64,000 bases of DNA, from contig CANLZP010000001.1 of the NCBI GenBank assembly GCA_947495695.1, positions 143,069 through 207,068 of the forward strand, given 5' to 3'. A program made the position numbers and the translations under genes. This stretch comes from an uncultured Erythrobacter sp. Lineage in GTDB: Bacteria > Pseudomonadota > Alphaproteobacteria > Sphingomonadales > Sphingomonadaceae. Positions 1 through 10,072 of this stretch are shown here, one piece after another (the first letter of the stretch is position 1; each line of letters opens with the position of its first letter). The notes under the pieces were generated by a model. That model saw nothing but the letters and a program-made list of their open reading frames with translations, was not told the origin of the DNA and searched no databases.

Positions 1-498
1 GGTGTTGCGACCGTAGAGGGTGCCCTGAGGGCCGCGCAGAACCTCGATCCGCTCAACATCATAGACGTCCAATACGGCCGCCTGCGGACGGTTGAGATAG
101 ACATCATCGACATACAGACCCACGCCCGCTTCAAATCCAGCAACCGGGTCTTGTTGGCCAACACCGCGAATGAATGCGCTGAGCGTGGTGTTGGTGCCGC
201 GGCTCACTTCCAGGGTCAGATTGGGCACTTCTTGTGCAATCTGGGTAATCTCCAGAGTGCCAGAACGCTCCAATTGTTCAGCCGATATGGCGGTCACGGC
301 GATCGGCACATCCAAGGCGCGTTCTTCGCGGCGACGTGCGGTAACAAAAATTACATTGCCGCTCTCGTCATCGCTTACCTCTTCAGCGGGCTGGGTTTCC
401 TGAGCCGCAACAGAGGCCGGTGCCATGGCCGCCGCTATGGCGAGGCCAGCACAACCTGCAAAAAACTTTCCATTCGAACTTAGCGAAATACGAGCCAT
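1..498 (-). CDS. TonB-dependent receptor, N-terminal part (runs off the window start)
   Basis: Manual translation from ATG 498: signal peptide MARISLSSNGKFFAGCAGLAIAAAMAPASVAAQ, then VTARRREERALDVPIAVTA and plug motif ERIEVLRGPQGTLYGRNT; purine-rich RBS upstream. Confidence 0.92.
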   Translation of the reverse strand, partial: MARISLSSNGKFFAGCAGLAIAAAMAPASVAAQETQPAEEVSDDESGNVIFVTARRREERALDVPIAVTAISAEQLERSGTLEITQIAQEVPNLTLEVSRGTNTTLSAFIRGVGQQDPVAGFEAGVGLYVDDVYLNRPQAAVLDVYDVERIEVLRGPQGTLYGRNT

Positions 499-537
499 GA
501 TCTCTCTCCCAATCTGCAATATCGAGCACCCTTATTG

Positions 538-561
538 AAAGTTGAACCACCATTCAAGTTT
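538..561. promoter_or_regulatory. Palindromic operator candidate between the divergent TBDR and TetR genes
   Basis: AAAGTTGAA-CCACCA-TTCAAGTTT, a near-perfect inverted repeat in the divergent intergenic region. Confidence 0.5.
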
Positions 562-628
562 ATTCTTGCGTGCTTTCCGATTGGTCTGTTACTAAAGCCA
601 TCGCGACAGGGGACATGATATCGATACT

Positions 629-1276
629 ATGACTGCCAAAGGTTCCGAATCTATCGCTGGAGCAAAGACGCCGCGCACCGCACGCGGACGCAAAACTTTG
701 CGCAAGCTCCTCGATGCGGCCGCTGTCGAGTTTGGTGAGAAGGGGTTTCATGCAGCCTCCGTCATTTCCATAACGAGCCGTGCTGAAGTCGCCTTGGGGT
801 CTTTCTATACCTATTTCGACAGCAAGGATGCTCTGTTCCAAGCTTTGGTCCAAGACATGAGCAGTCAGGTTAAATCGCATGCCGCATCGGCGGTGGGCGC
901 ACTGAAAGAGAACGCGGAGCCCAGTGCGCTGGATGTGGAGGAAGTGGCATTGGCGAGCTTCCTACGTTTTGCGAGCGAGCATAAGGAGATCTACCGCATC
1001 ATCGACGAATCTGAATTTGTCGATCCGGTGGCCTATCGCGCGCATTACGAAGGAACTGCTGCCCGTATTCTCGAACGACTGCAGGCGGGTGCGCAGGCAG
1101 GCGAATTGAGCCCGGACGTTGAAGAAGCGCACGCTTGGGCTGTTATGGGTATGAATGTATTTTTGGGCTTGAGATATGCGGTCTGGTCGCAAGATAACGA
1201 TAGCCTCGACATCGCGAGTATAGCGCGAAAAATTCTCGAGAAGGGTATTACCCAATCCTCCCGCGCCTCACGTTAG
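629..1276 (+). CDS. TetR/AcrR family transcriptional regulator
   Basis: N-terminal HTH LLDAAAVEFGEKGFHAASVISITSRAEVALGSFYTYF. Confidence 0.93.
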   Translation: MTAKGSESIAGAKTPRTARGRKTLRKLLDAAAVEFGEKGFHAASVISITSRAEVALGSFYTYFDSKDALFQALVQDMSSQVKSHAASAVGALKENAEPSALDVEEVALASFLRFASEHKEIYRIIDESEFVDPVAYRAHYEGTAARILERLQAGAQAGELSPDVEEAHAWAVMGMNVFLGLRYAVWSQDNDSLDIASIARKILEKGITQSSRASR

Positions 1277-1332
1277 CGGGATGAATAACCCCGCCCAAAG
1301 CTGAAGAGCTTCGCCAAGTCGTGATTTCAAAC

Positions 1333-1370
1333 GGGGCGGAAAGCACAGTCTCTGAAACCGCTTTACCATC
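1333..1370. repeat. Degenerate copy of the dispersed palindromic repeat family
   Basis: GGGGCGGAAAGC...AACCGCTTTACCATC resembles GGGTGGAAAGCGG at 3640 and GTCTGCTTTCCACCC at 22476. Confidence 0.4.
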
Positions 1371-1373
1371 CTA

Positions 1374-2306
1374 TCACAAACAGTCGCCGCGGCTGAGATA
1401 TCGATCGTCAAACAGCATGGGAATTGGTCGTGGCACGCGCGAATTGGCTGCATGGCCAGGGAGGGATTGTGCATGGATATGCAGGTGAGGCTCTTCGGTG
1501 TTGCCAGAGTTTCCAACTTGTCCGAGCAGGTCTCCAACTTCGATTTGCTGGCCTGCAACCACCTGAATGGAACCCTGACGAAAATGCGCCAAGACAACAT
1601 GTGCATCTTTGCAGGAAAGCTCCACGAGATTGGCTCCCTCGTCAGAGCGGTACTCAAACCCCGCCAGATTGTCGGGCTTGTTGTTCTCGACGGACAAAAC
1701 CTTGCCCCCGCAAGGTGCGCGAACGAGCTCGCCAAAAATGGCATAATGGGCCGGATCAGTGGGCTTTGGATGGTAGGACAAATGCGCGAGGGTCCGAAAT
1801 CCAAATTGATTTCGCTTTGTAAAATCCACCGAATGTTTCTCGAAGGACGAGCCTGTGTTTGGACCTTCATAAAAATGCGCATTCAACAGCAACGAATTGC
1901 CACCCGATAGGACACAAGACCCCGCACTACGGGCCAGCGGTGACGCCAATCTGGCGAAAGGCCCGTCCGGCTGCATGCGTCCGGTTGCGCCGCATCCAAT
2001 CAACAACAGACCCATAACTGACATCGCCATACCGGCAACCATAGCCAGTCGCGAAGGTGATTGGCGCGCCGAAGGAACTGGCCTTCGTGCTCGCCAGATG
2101 GCCAGCAGAAACAGAACCAGATAGAGGCCAGCGCCATAGATTGGAGGATAAACCCATATCCCTGCCAGCATCAGGCCAATCAGAAAAAGGCCTGCCCCTG
2201 CGACCAGCAGGGCGAAGTTGCGACGATCGACCGCCCGGGCCGAAGCCACCATCCAGATGATGCTCAGCGCAAGAACATTCTGAACCAAAATTGCAAAAAG
2301 AACCAT
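1374..2306 (-). CDS. M23 family metallopeptidase with N-terminal membrane helices
   Basis: Hydrophobic N-terminus; HSVDF, AHFRQGSI and GNSGNTEEPHLH (HxH) motifs. Confidence 0.85.
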   Translation of the reverse strand: MVLFAILVQNVLALSIIWMVASARAVDRRNFALLVAGAGLFLIGLMLAGIWVYPPIYGAGLYLVLFLLAIWRARRPVPSARQSPSRLAMVAGMAMSVMGLLLIGCGATGRMQPDGPFARLASPLARSAGSCVLSGGNSLLLNAHFYEGPNTGSSFEKHSVDFTKRNQFGFRTLAHLSYHPKPTDPAHYAIFGELVRAPCGGKVLSVENNKPDNLAGFEYRSDEGANLVELSCKDAHVVLAHFRQGSIQVVAGQQIEVGDLLGQVGNSGNTEEPHLHIHAQSLPGHAANSRVPRPIPMLFDDRYLSRGDCL

Positions 2307-2565
2307 GCGCCCCTCAGCTCCGCCAGATCAGCCGCAACACAGTTGGGCTGCCTTACCTCTTGGCGCGATGACATGATGTTGAAGAGGAAGTCAAATGACC
2401 GCGACAAGGCATCGTTTACACTCGCTTCAGCGCCTGCAAGCGGAGCGGCAAACACGATTTCTGCTACCACTTTGGCGTTCGATCATGAACAGTGGGTTCA
2501 ACACCAATTCACCCTAGCGTGGCCAGTCTTCTTTCCCACGGGTAAATCTTAGAGGGAGGATATGT

Positions 2566-3558
2566 ATGCTGAAGCAAAGTATGGGAATCGCTGCTTTACT
2601 CTGCACATGTTCAGCGGCAAGCGCTGAAACACTGACTGTCGCAGGCGTTTATGCAGCAAAGGCCGACATTGCCCCCGACATCCACACGATAGCCGTTGAA
2701 GGCTTCGGCGGTGACGCTGGACAAGAGCTCTCATTCTTACTCACTGACTTGCTGCAGGATGTAGACGTCACCGAAGAGCCTTGGTTCTCGTTTGTACCGG
2801 CAGCAACATTAGCCCAGATCGGCTCGATAGAGAAACAAGACTCGAGGATATTGGCCGGGGTTGAGCCGAGCGGAGCGCATTCTCCTCAATCTATCGCTGT
2901 CTTGCGAGGAACTGCACGCTCACAAACCAATGATTACGAGACAAGCTCCAAGAAGGTGAAGTCATGTGTCGAGAAAGAGAACGGCAAATGCGTTGAGCGC
3001 ATTGTAGAAGTCTATGAATGTCGCGATCTGACGGTGAGCTATTCGCCCTCTCTGCGGCTCATCGCATCTGACGGTGCGCTATTATACGAGAATTCGGACT
3101 ACAGAGAAGCCACCCAAACCTACTGCGAAGATGAAGATCGAATTCCCGACCCGGGCAATATGCTGGCCTCGCTTGCTGCGCAGTATGCGTATTCCGTAAG
3201 ATTAGAGATGGCCCCCCAATTCAGAGCCGAGCGTTTTCGAATCCTGGAAAGTCGCAAAGGATTGTCCAAGGCAGATAGGCCAAAGTTCAAAGATGCAGTC
3301 AGGCTGACAAAAAGCGATCCAGCCGCCGCTTGCCAAGAATTCATCAAGCTTGAAAGCGATTACCCGAAACACGTCTCTATCTTGTTCAACATAGGCCTGT
3401 GCCAGGAGAGCCAAGACGAACTTGGCGACGCTCGCAAGTACTACCTTCGAGTCCTGTCGTACGAGCCAGGCAAGGACATTGCTCTGGCAAGTTTAGCGCG
3501 AATCGAAAGTCGGCTGGCCGCTGAGCGCCAAATCTCCGACCACCTCAATACTCGTTGA
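2566..3558 (+). CDS. Secreted protein with C-terminal tetratricopeptide repeats
   Basis: Signal peptide; TPR-like LFNIGLCQESQDELGDARKYYLRVLSYEPG; strong RBS GAGGGAGG. Confidence 0.75.
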   Translation: MLKQSMGIAALLCTCSAASAETLTVAGVYAAKADIAPDIHTIAVEGFGGDAGQELSFLLTDLLQDVDVTEEPWFSFVPAATLAQIGSIEKQDSRILAGVEPSGAHSPQSIAVLRGTARSQTNDYETSSKKVKSCVEKENGKCVERIVEVYECRDLTVSYSPSLRLIASDGALLYENSDYREATQTYCEDEDRIPDPGNMLASLAAQYAYSVRLEMAPQFRAERFRILESRKGLSKADRPKFKDAVRLTKSDPAAACQEFIKLESDYPKHVSILFNIGLCQESQDELGDARKYYLRVLSYEPGKDIALASLARIESRLAAERQISDHLNTR

Positions 3559-3626
3559 ACTGCTGCGACTTCGATTGCTCTTGTACATGTGAGGCGCAGA
3601 ATCGCCTTGATACAGTGGCCGAGGTC

Positions 3627-3655
3627 AACGTCCGCAATCGGGTGGAAAGCGGATC
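3627..3655. repeat. Dispersed ~30 bp imperfect palindrome (reference copy)
   Basis: AACGTCCGCAATCGGGTGGAAAGCGGATC; first 11 nt identical to the reverse complement of 19717-19727. Confidence 0.7.
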
Positions 3656-3744
3656 AGATTATGGACGAGATACTCTGTCTACTCATATTGCGATGCAGGG
3701 CCAAACACCCCTCACTTTCAATCGCCACGAGATCATAAATGATC

Positions 3745-5133
3745 CTATGCTCCGCTGCGTCCAGATAAATCCTCTACAAAATTCGATGTCCATTGGTGGA
3801 TGTCATCATTGCGGACCGTTTCCACCAGCGCAGCGTACCGTTTTTTGCGTTCTTCGAGCGGCATGTCCAGCGCAGTGCGGATTGCCCGAGATAGATCGTC
3901 TGGGCTGTGTGGATTGACCAAAATTGCATCCGTTAGCTGATGGGCCGCCCCAGCAAATTTTGATAAAATTAGCACGCCGGGATCCTGTGGATCTTGCGCC
4001 GCGATATATTCCTTGGCGACCAAATTCATCCCATCGCGCAGGGGCGTTACCAAGCAGATTTTCGCCGAACGAAAGAAACCGCAAAGCTCAGCCAGACTAT
4101 GCCCGCGGTTCACATAGCGGATGGGCACAATATCGACTTCCGAGCGGGCCCCATTGATTTGGCCGGTTTTTTGTTCGAGTTCAGCCCGAATATCTTGATA
4201 ACTGCCCACATCTTCGCGGCTTGGCGGGGCAATTTGGATATACACTAGATCGCGCACCCGATCAGGGTTTTGGTCAAAAAACCGCGAGATTCCGTCGATC
4301 CGCTCGGGTAATCCCTTTGAATAATCGAGCCGGTCCACGCCAATCATAGCGGTGCGATGACGGGTGCTTTCGAGCAGTCTTTGTGCGGCCTCCTTAGCTT
4401 CTGAAGTGGCGCCTTGGGCTTGGATGTGATCCCAATCCACACCGATGGGATAGGCCCGCGCGCAAGTAACCTTGCCCTCAAAACGGATTTCTCCGGTGTC
4501 TTCGTTGACCTCAGCGCCAAGTTCTTTCTCACAGTAATGCTGAAAGCTGCCCAACCATTCATTGGTCTGGAAGCCGATCACGTCATATTCCAGCATCGTG
4601 CGTACCAAACGCTCATGATATGGGAGTGACACAAACAGCCGCGCTGGTGGCCAAGGTGTGTGAAGGAAGAACCCGATCCGGTTCTTAAAGCCGCGCGAAC
4701 GGAGCCGCTCGCCTAAGGGCAGCAGATGGTAATCATGCACCCAAATCAGGTCGTCTGGTTCGATTAGCGGTGAAACGCTCTCAGCGAAGTGCTCATTGAC
4801 CCGCTCATACCCCTTGCCGAACTCATTTTCATATTCGGTTAAATCGAGGCGGTAGTGAAATAGCGGCCACAGTGTGGAATTTGCATAGCCGTTGTAATAT
4901 TCTTCAACGTCATGTGCACTGAGGTCGATTGTGGCTGTCGTAACCCCGCCATTATTGTTCAACTGGATGTGCCCGGTGGTCTCATCCGCTTCGTTGCCTG
5001 ACCACCCGAACCAGATGCCGCCAAATTTCTTCAATGCTGAATTCAGCGCGCCTGCCAGGCCACCTTGCGCGCCAGCCGCACCGCGCGCTTTGGCGACAGC
5101 GACCCTGTTTGAGATAATGACTAGGCGGCTCAT
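3745..5133 (-). CDS. otsA: Trehalose-6-phosphate synthase
   Basis: GT20 motifs SNRV, GGLA, WVHDYHL, GFFLHTP, GVDRLDYSKG, DGMNLVAKE. Confidence 0.96.
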   Translation of the reverse strand: MSRLVIISNRVAVAKARGAAGAQGGLAGALNSALKKFGGIWFGWSGNEADETTGHIQLNNNGGVTTATIDLSAHDVEEYYNGYANSTLWPLFHYRLDLTEYENEFGKGYERVNEHFAESVSPLIEPDDLIWVHDYHLLPLGERLRSRGFKNRIGFFLHTPWPPARLFVSLPYHERLVRTMLEYDVIGFQTNEWLGSFQHYCEKELGAEVNEDTGEIRFEGKVTCARAYPIGVDWDHIQAQGATSEAKEAAQRLLESTRHRTAMIGVDRLDYSKGLPERIDGISRFFDQNPDRVRDLVYIQIAPPSREDVGSYQDIRAELEQKTGQINGARSEVDIVPIRYVNRGHSLAELCGFFRSAKICLVTPLRDGMNLVAKEYIAAQDPQDPGVLILSKFAGAAHQLTDAILVNPHSPDDLSRAIRTALDMPLEERKKRYAALVETVRNDDIHQWTSNFVEDLSGRSGA

Positions 5134-5140
5134 GATGGCT

Positions 5141-6970
5141 TCATCGTATTTCACTCCATTGGCGCGATAATAAGCCAGCGCAATTAATCACACCAACCAG
5201 TGAATAGGTCTGAGGGAAATTGCCCCATAGCTCACCAGTTTCAAAATCCATGTCTTCAGACAGCATTCCAGATCCGGTGCGGTGGCTCAGCATCGCCTCA
5301 AACAACCCACGCGCCTCTTCATCGCGTCCTGCCAAATGCAAGGCCTCGATCAGCCAGAATGTGCACACATTAAAAGCGGTTTCAGGCAGACCGAAATCAT
5401 CTTCTGAGGCATAGCGGAGCATATGCTCCCCGCGGCGCAGTGTTTTTTCAATCGCAGCAAACGTGCTTTTAAAGCGAGGATCATCGGGTTTAAGAAACCG
5501 CAGTTCGACCATTTGCAGCAGGCTAGCATCCAAATAGTCACTCTCGAAGCTGGCTCCGTAATGTTGACCGTTTTCGACCCAAGCCGCGCTTTCAATCTTT
5601 GCGCGAATAGCATCAGCACGCTCGCGCCATAACTTGGCGCGGCCAGCCTTGCCCAAATGATCGGCGACATTGGCCAGCCGATCGCAGGCCGCCCAGCACA
5701 TTACCGCAGAATAGGTGTGCACTTCCTGGCGGGTGCGAAATTCCCACAGGCCCGCGTCGGGTTGGTCATGCATTGCCCAAGCCATTTCGCCAACTTCTTC
5801 CAAGCTGACAAAGTCAGCATCGTCAGCCATTCGCAGCAGTCGGTGATCAAAAAAGGCTTGAGCCGTCGGCAACACAATTTGCCCGTAACAATCATGCTGG
5901 ACTTGCTTGTACGCAGCATTTCCAACCCGCACAGGGCCCATCCCACGATAGCCCGATAGGCTTTCTGCAATATTTTCATGCAGCTCGCTTTCACCCATGA
6001 CCGAATAAAGCGGCTGGATTTGGCCACCTTTCGCGCCATCGATAATATTGCGTAGGTATGCGAGATACTTCTCCAACACATCCAATGCGCCAAGGCGGTT
6101 GAGTGCTTGCACAGTGTAATAGGAATCGCGGATCCAGCAGAAACGATAATCCCAATTGCGCTCGCTTCCTGATGCCTCTGGGATAGAGGTTGTCAGTGCG
6201 GCCACAATGGCGCCGGTTTCTTCGTGTTGGCACAATTTCAGGACAATCGCGCAGCGGATCACATCTTCCTGCCATTCAAGCGGCAAGTGCAACCCGCGAA
6301 CCCAATGCCGCCAGTAACGCATCGTGCTTTGACTCATCCGGCGCAATTCAGACCGAACATTTCCAACAAATGGCTCATCGGGGCCAAGGAAAAAATGTTG
6401 GTCGCTTTCTATGCGGTAACTGCGGCCTTCAAGAATATAACCGACCGGAGCATCCGTGCTCAGGCGCATCGCTTGATCGCCCAGCAGATACCGAATGTGA
6501 TTGGTGCCATTTGTTCGCTCGGCGAGCTTGGCCGCGTAATCATGCATTGGTTGCAACACGACTTTCATGCGCGGCGCACCTGCGACAGGGCGCACGATAC
6601 GTGTGAATGCTACCGGTCGGTACATTCTACCTGAACTTTCAAAGCGGGGGCAAAAATCGCGGATCTCGACGGCGCTACCGTCTTCAGCCTCCAGCTTGGT
6701 GACAAGGACGGGCGTATTGCGTTCATACCATTGGGTTACATTGCTCTGACCCTCAAGCTCGAAGCGCCAGATGCCTTCGTCGCGATTGCCATTATTAAGG
6801 AGCGCACAGAACACCGGATCACCGTCCACGCGCGGAACGCAGCCCCAAACAAGCGCACCTGACCGGTCGATCAAACCGCTGATCTGGCAATTGCCAATCG
6901 GCCATAGGTCAAGATCGGATTGCAATTTACTAGGCAGCATTTCGTCTGTATCGATCATAGGTTCAGCCAC
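5141..6970 (-). CDS. Glycoside hydrolase family 15 (probable trehalase/glucoamylase-like)
   Basis: RNWDYRFCWIRD, GLWEFR, GMLSED..GELWGNFPQTYS motifs; lies between otsB and otsA. Confidence 0.92.
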   Translation of the reverse strand: MAEPMIDTDEMLPSKLQSDLDLWPIGNCQISGLIDRSGALVWGCVPRVDGDPVFCALLNNGNRDEGIWRFELEGQSNVTQWYERNTPVLVTKLEAEDGSAVEIRDFCPRFESSGRMYRPVAFTRIVRPVAGAPRMKVVLQPMHDYAAKLAERTNGTNHIRYLLGDQAMRLSTDAPVGYILEGRSYRIESDQHFFLGPDEPFVGNVRSELRRMSQSTMRYWRHWVRGLHLPLEWQEDVIRCAIVLKLCQHEETGAIVAALTTSIPEASGSERNWDYRFCWIRDSYYTVQALNRLGALDVLEKYLAYLRNIIDGAKGGQIQPLYSVMGESELHENIAESLSGYRGMGPVRVGNAAYKQVQHDCYGQIVLPTAQAFFDHRLLRMADDADFVSLEEVGEMAWAMHDQPDAGLWEFRTRQEVHTYSAVMCWAACDRLANVADHLGKAGRAKLWRERADAIRAKIESAAWVENGQHYGASFESDYLDASLLQMVELRFLKPDDPRFKSTFAAIEKTLRRGEHMLRYASEDDFGLPETAFNVCTFWLIEALHLAGRDEEARGLFEAMLSHRTGSGMLSEDMDFETGELWGNFPQTYSLVGVINCAGLLSRQWSEIR

Positions 6971-7695
6971 GCATGGACGTCTTGCACGCCATTGAGTTTG
7001 AAGTTGGCAGTGTGAGATGGCCGTTCACCAACAGCAATAGCCAATCCGCCATATTTTTGCACTGCAGTAAAGCCATCCTCGTCGGTAACGTCGTCACCAA
7101 TAAAAATAGGTGTGCTGCCCGCAAAAATTGGCGTGTTCATAAATGTAGCAATTGCAGATCCCTTGTTGGCACCGGGGCGAACAAGCTCAATCACGCATTT
7201 GCCGCATTTCATTGTTAGGCCGGACTGTTTTGCGATGATGGCAGCGGCATCCTGGATCGCCGGACCACTTGCAGGCACCGCGCGAAAATGCAGCGCCGCA
7301 CCGTGGCGTTTGCTTTCAAACAATGCGCCATGCTGAGAGGCAAGCTGGCGCAATTGCGCAATATCATTCGCGGGTATTGGTTTGATTTTTGCCCCTAGTG
7401 GCGCGCCATCTGCGCCGATTTGCTCTGCTCCATGGGAGCCCGCGCGGGCGATCTCAAGCTTTCCCAAATGCTGTTCTAAATTGCCCAAGTCGCGACCGCT
7501 TACGAGCGCCAATCGGCCGCCAATTTTATCAGCGACCGCTTTCAGCCGTCCGGCAATATTGTCAGGCACTTCGATCACATCAGGCCCAGCGGCAATTTCA
7601 ATCAGTGTTCCGTCAAAATCCAGAAATAGCGATACCGCTGAAGCCGACTGTAAGGAGGCAAACGATGGAGGAAGAGGCAGGGTTGATCGATTCAT
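6955..7695 (-). CDS. otsB: Trehalose-6-phosphate phosphatase
   Basis: HAD motifs LFLDFDGTL, SGR and FIGDDVTDEDGF; next to otsA. Confidence 0.93.
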   Translation of the reverse strand: MNRSTLPLPPSFASLQSASAVSLFLDFDGTLIEIAAGPDVIEVPDNIAGRLKAVADKIGGRLALVSGRDLGNLEQHLGKLEIARAGSHGAEQIGADGAPLGAKIKPIPANDIAQLRQLASQHGALFESKRHGAALHFRAVPASGPAIQDAAAIIAKQSGLTMKCGKCVIELVRPGANKGSAIATFMNTPIFAGSTPIFIGDDVTDEDGFTAVQKYGGLAIAVGERPSHTANFKLNGVQDVHAWLNL

Positions 7696-7847
7696 CCATT
7701 CACCCCTACGCTGCATTGCACCAATTTGTCACTGGCAATGCGAACCTATTCATTGGCAGCGTGATGGAAGCCGTCATGACCTGAGCAGGTGCTGGATATG
7801 CGACCCTCTCCGAAACTTGCGAACCAGCCGCACTCTGCATCGAATCA

Positions 7848-7876
7848 AACGTTCGCAACTGAGTTGAAAAGCCGAT
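7848..7876. repeat. Dispersed palindromic repeat family copy
   Basis: AACGTTCGCAACTGAGTTGAAAAGCCGAT aligns with the 3627 copy and the reverse complement of 19701-19727. Confidence 0.6.
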
Positions 7877-7943
7877 GATTCGATAGCGGCTATTACTTGT
7901 ACCTACTGCTACCTTGTGCAACTTTCGAGACGGGGGATCATGT

Positions 7944-9224
7944 ATGCAACGACCGTTTGGATTTTGGACTGCCGTTTCTATGGTGGTCGGGTTTATGATT
8001 GGTGCCGGGATCTATGTTCTTCCGAGCGATCTTTCCCAATTCGGCTGGACCTCGGTCGCTGGTTGGATAATCACCGGAGCCGGAGTTATGACAATTGCTC
8101 GGGTGATTGCGGAACTCCATATCAAATATCCAAAGGAGCCGAGCGCCCTTACCATTTCTGGCGATGTTCTCGGCCTCCTTGCAGTGCGTTTGATTGCTTG
8201 GAGTTATTGGTTTGGGATTCTGGTCGCTGCCGCAATACTGGCATTGGCTGCGGCAGACTATTTGATCTTTCTTGTTCCGGACGCTGGGGCTGACAATTGG
8301 TTGAAACCAATAGTCGCGACCCTGATCCTTTCCTCGGTCGTGGTTCTAAACCTTCGAGGAGTAAAGGGCGTTGGGAGGTTTCAGGTTGCAACCACCGTCT
8401 TGAAGTTGCTTCCGCTTGCTATTGTTGTTTCAATCGTTGCTTACCTCGCACTTGCATTGCCTGCGACCTATACGCAGACGCAATCCGAACCATTCATGGT
8501 CTCGCTTCTTACTCCGGCGCTAGGCGTCACATTCTTCGCTGTCTTGGGATTTGAGGGAGCAAGCCTGGTTGCCCAACGAGTGAGTGACCCAGAGCGAAAC
8601 GTTGTTCGAGCAACATTGTTTGGATTGTCATTTGTCCTGCTTCTCTATTTCTTGGTGAGCACAGGCATTGTGCTCGCAACACCTGCTGACGAGTTGCGAG
8701 GTGCTAGCGCGCCAGTCGCAACTTTTGTATCGAATCACGCTGGCCCATGGGCTGGAAATATGGTCGCGCTGTTTGCAGTTATCTCGGCAATAGGATGCCT
8801 GAACGCGGTTGTTTTGCTGCTCGGCGAGGTGCCGTTCGGGATGGCCCGCGATGGCCAATTTCCAGATTGGGTTGCTCCTGGAAGCGATCGTGGAGTTGGG
8901 AGGCGACCAATAATCGTCGCCTTTGTAATTGCCGCAACCGTAATACTTATGAGCTCAAACACTTTCGGTGCTCAGGTTTACGATTTTCTACTTCGGCTAA
9001 CGGTCGCCGCAAATATCTGGTTTTACGCTGGCATTTGCCTCGCGGCACTCAAAGATGGGACTAAACCCATATTGGCAATGCTGGGCTTAGGATTTTGCGG
9101 TTGGGTTCTTTACGGGTCTGGCGCGGAGGCAAGCGTCCTGGGTGTAAGCCTTATGTTGGTTGGCGCCCTACTTCATTTTGTGATCGGAGGACGCACAAAG
9201 CCGCGAGGGTCTGCTCCTTCGTAA
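7944..9224 (+). CDS. APC-superfamily amino acid/polyamine permease
   Basis: GFMIGAGIYVLP (TM1) and FFAVLGFEGAS (TM6) motifs; about 12 hydrophobic segments. Confidence 0.9.
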   Translation: MQRPFGFWTAVSMVVGFMIGAGIYVLPSDLSQFGWTSVAGWIITGAGVMTIARVIAELHIKYPKEPSALTISGDVLGLLAVRLIAWSYWFGILVAAAILALAAADYLIFLVPDAGADNWLKPIVATLILSSVVVLNLRGVKGVGRFQVATTVLKLLPLAIVVSIVAYLALALPATYTQTQSEPFMVSLLTPALGVTFFAVLGFEGASLVAQRVSDPERNVVRATLFGLSFVLLLYFLVSTGIVLATPADELRGASAPVATFVSNHAGPWAGNMVALFAVISAIGCLNAVVLLLGEVPFGMARDGQFPDWVAPGSDRGVGRRPIIVAFVIAATVILMSSNTFGAQVYDFLLRLTVAANIWFYAGICLAALKDGTKPILAMLGLGFCGWVLYGSGAEASVLGVSLMLVGALLHFVIGGRTKPRGSAPS

Positions 9225-9393
9225 CTAAACTTCCCATCCAGGGGCAGTATTCAACCCGATCATCCGCAATTAGCCTGTCAGCAGCCGCGCAGATTGGTCA
9301 TTCCCAACACAATTGAGAAATGGCCGGTTCAAGCTTTGGGTGTTGATGCAGTTCAACCGTCGGCCTCAACCTTATGTTGAAGCGGTGTTATCC

Positions 9394-9924
9394 TCAAAAC
9401 GGGATATCATCGTCTAGATCGTCATAGCCGCCACCCTGCGAACCCCCGCCTTGCGATCCGCCGGCTGCACCGCCGCCATTGCCGCCGCCCTGGTTCCAGC
9501 CGCCACCTTGACCACCGCCACTTTCGCCGCCGCCATAACCGCCACCTTGGCCACCGCCGCCGCCGCCGCCAGTGCGTCCGTCGAGCATGGTCAGTGTGCC
9601 ATCAAAGCCGCGCAAAACCACTTCTGTTGAATAGCGGTCATTGCCCTGCTGATCCTGCCATTTGCGGGTCTGCAACTTGCCTTCAACAAAGACCTTGGAG
9701 CCTTTCTTGAGGTAGTTTTCGACGACATTGACCAGACCTTCAGAGAAGATTGCGACGGTATGCCATTCGGTGCGTTCCTGGCGCTCGCCTGTTTTGCGAT
9801 CTTTCCAGGTCTCGCTGGTCGCGATGCGCAGATTGGCGACCTTGCCGCCGTTCTGGAAACTGCGAATTTCCGGATCTGCTCCCAAATTCCCGATGAGCAT
9901 GACTTTATTCAGTGACCCGGCCAT
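9394..9924 (-). CDS. ssb: Single-stranded DNA-binding protein
   Basis: [18 protein letters not shown], Gly-rich linker, C-terminal DDDIPF. Confidence 0.98.
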   Translation of the reverse strand: MAGSLNKVMLIGNLGADPEIRSFQNGGKVANLRIATSETWKDRKTGERQERTEWHTVAIFSEGLVNVVENYLKKGSKVFVEGKLQTRKWQDQQGNDRYSTEVVLRGFDGTLTMLDGRTGGGGGGGQGGGYGGGESGGGQGGGWNQGGGNGGGAAGGSQGGGSQGGGYDDLDDDIPF

Positions 9925-10072
9925 TCAAACTTCCTTCGCGTTGATGCTGTCGTTCTATTGGCGCACGCTGCAATCCAAGTGCCAGCGCGCTCCCATAGGT
10001 GATTCTCGATAATATGTAGGCCCCGCCGGTCTGGCAGCCAACCTGTAAAGGGCACTTTGTGCACCGAGAATT

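Noticed and set aside
2264-2552. Short ORFs between the M23 and TPR genes
   Set aside because: No RBS or motif support; likely divergent promoter space.
9440-9600. GGC-rich repeats in ssb
   Set aside because: This is the ordinary Gly-rich SSB linker.
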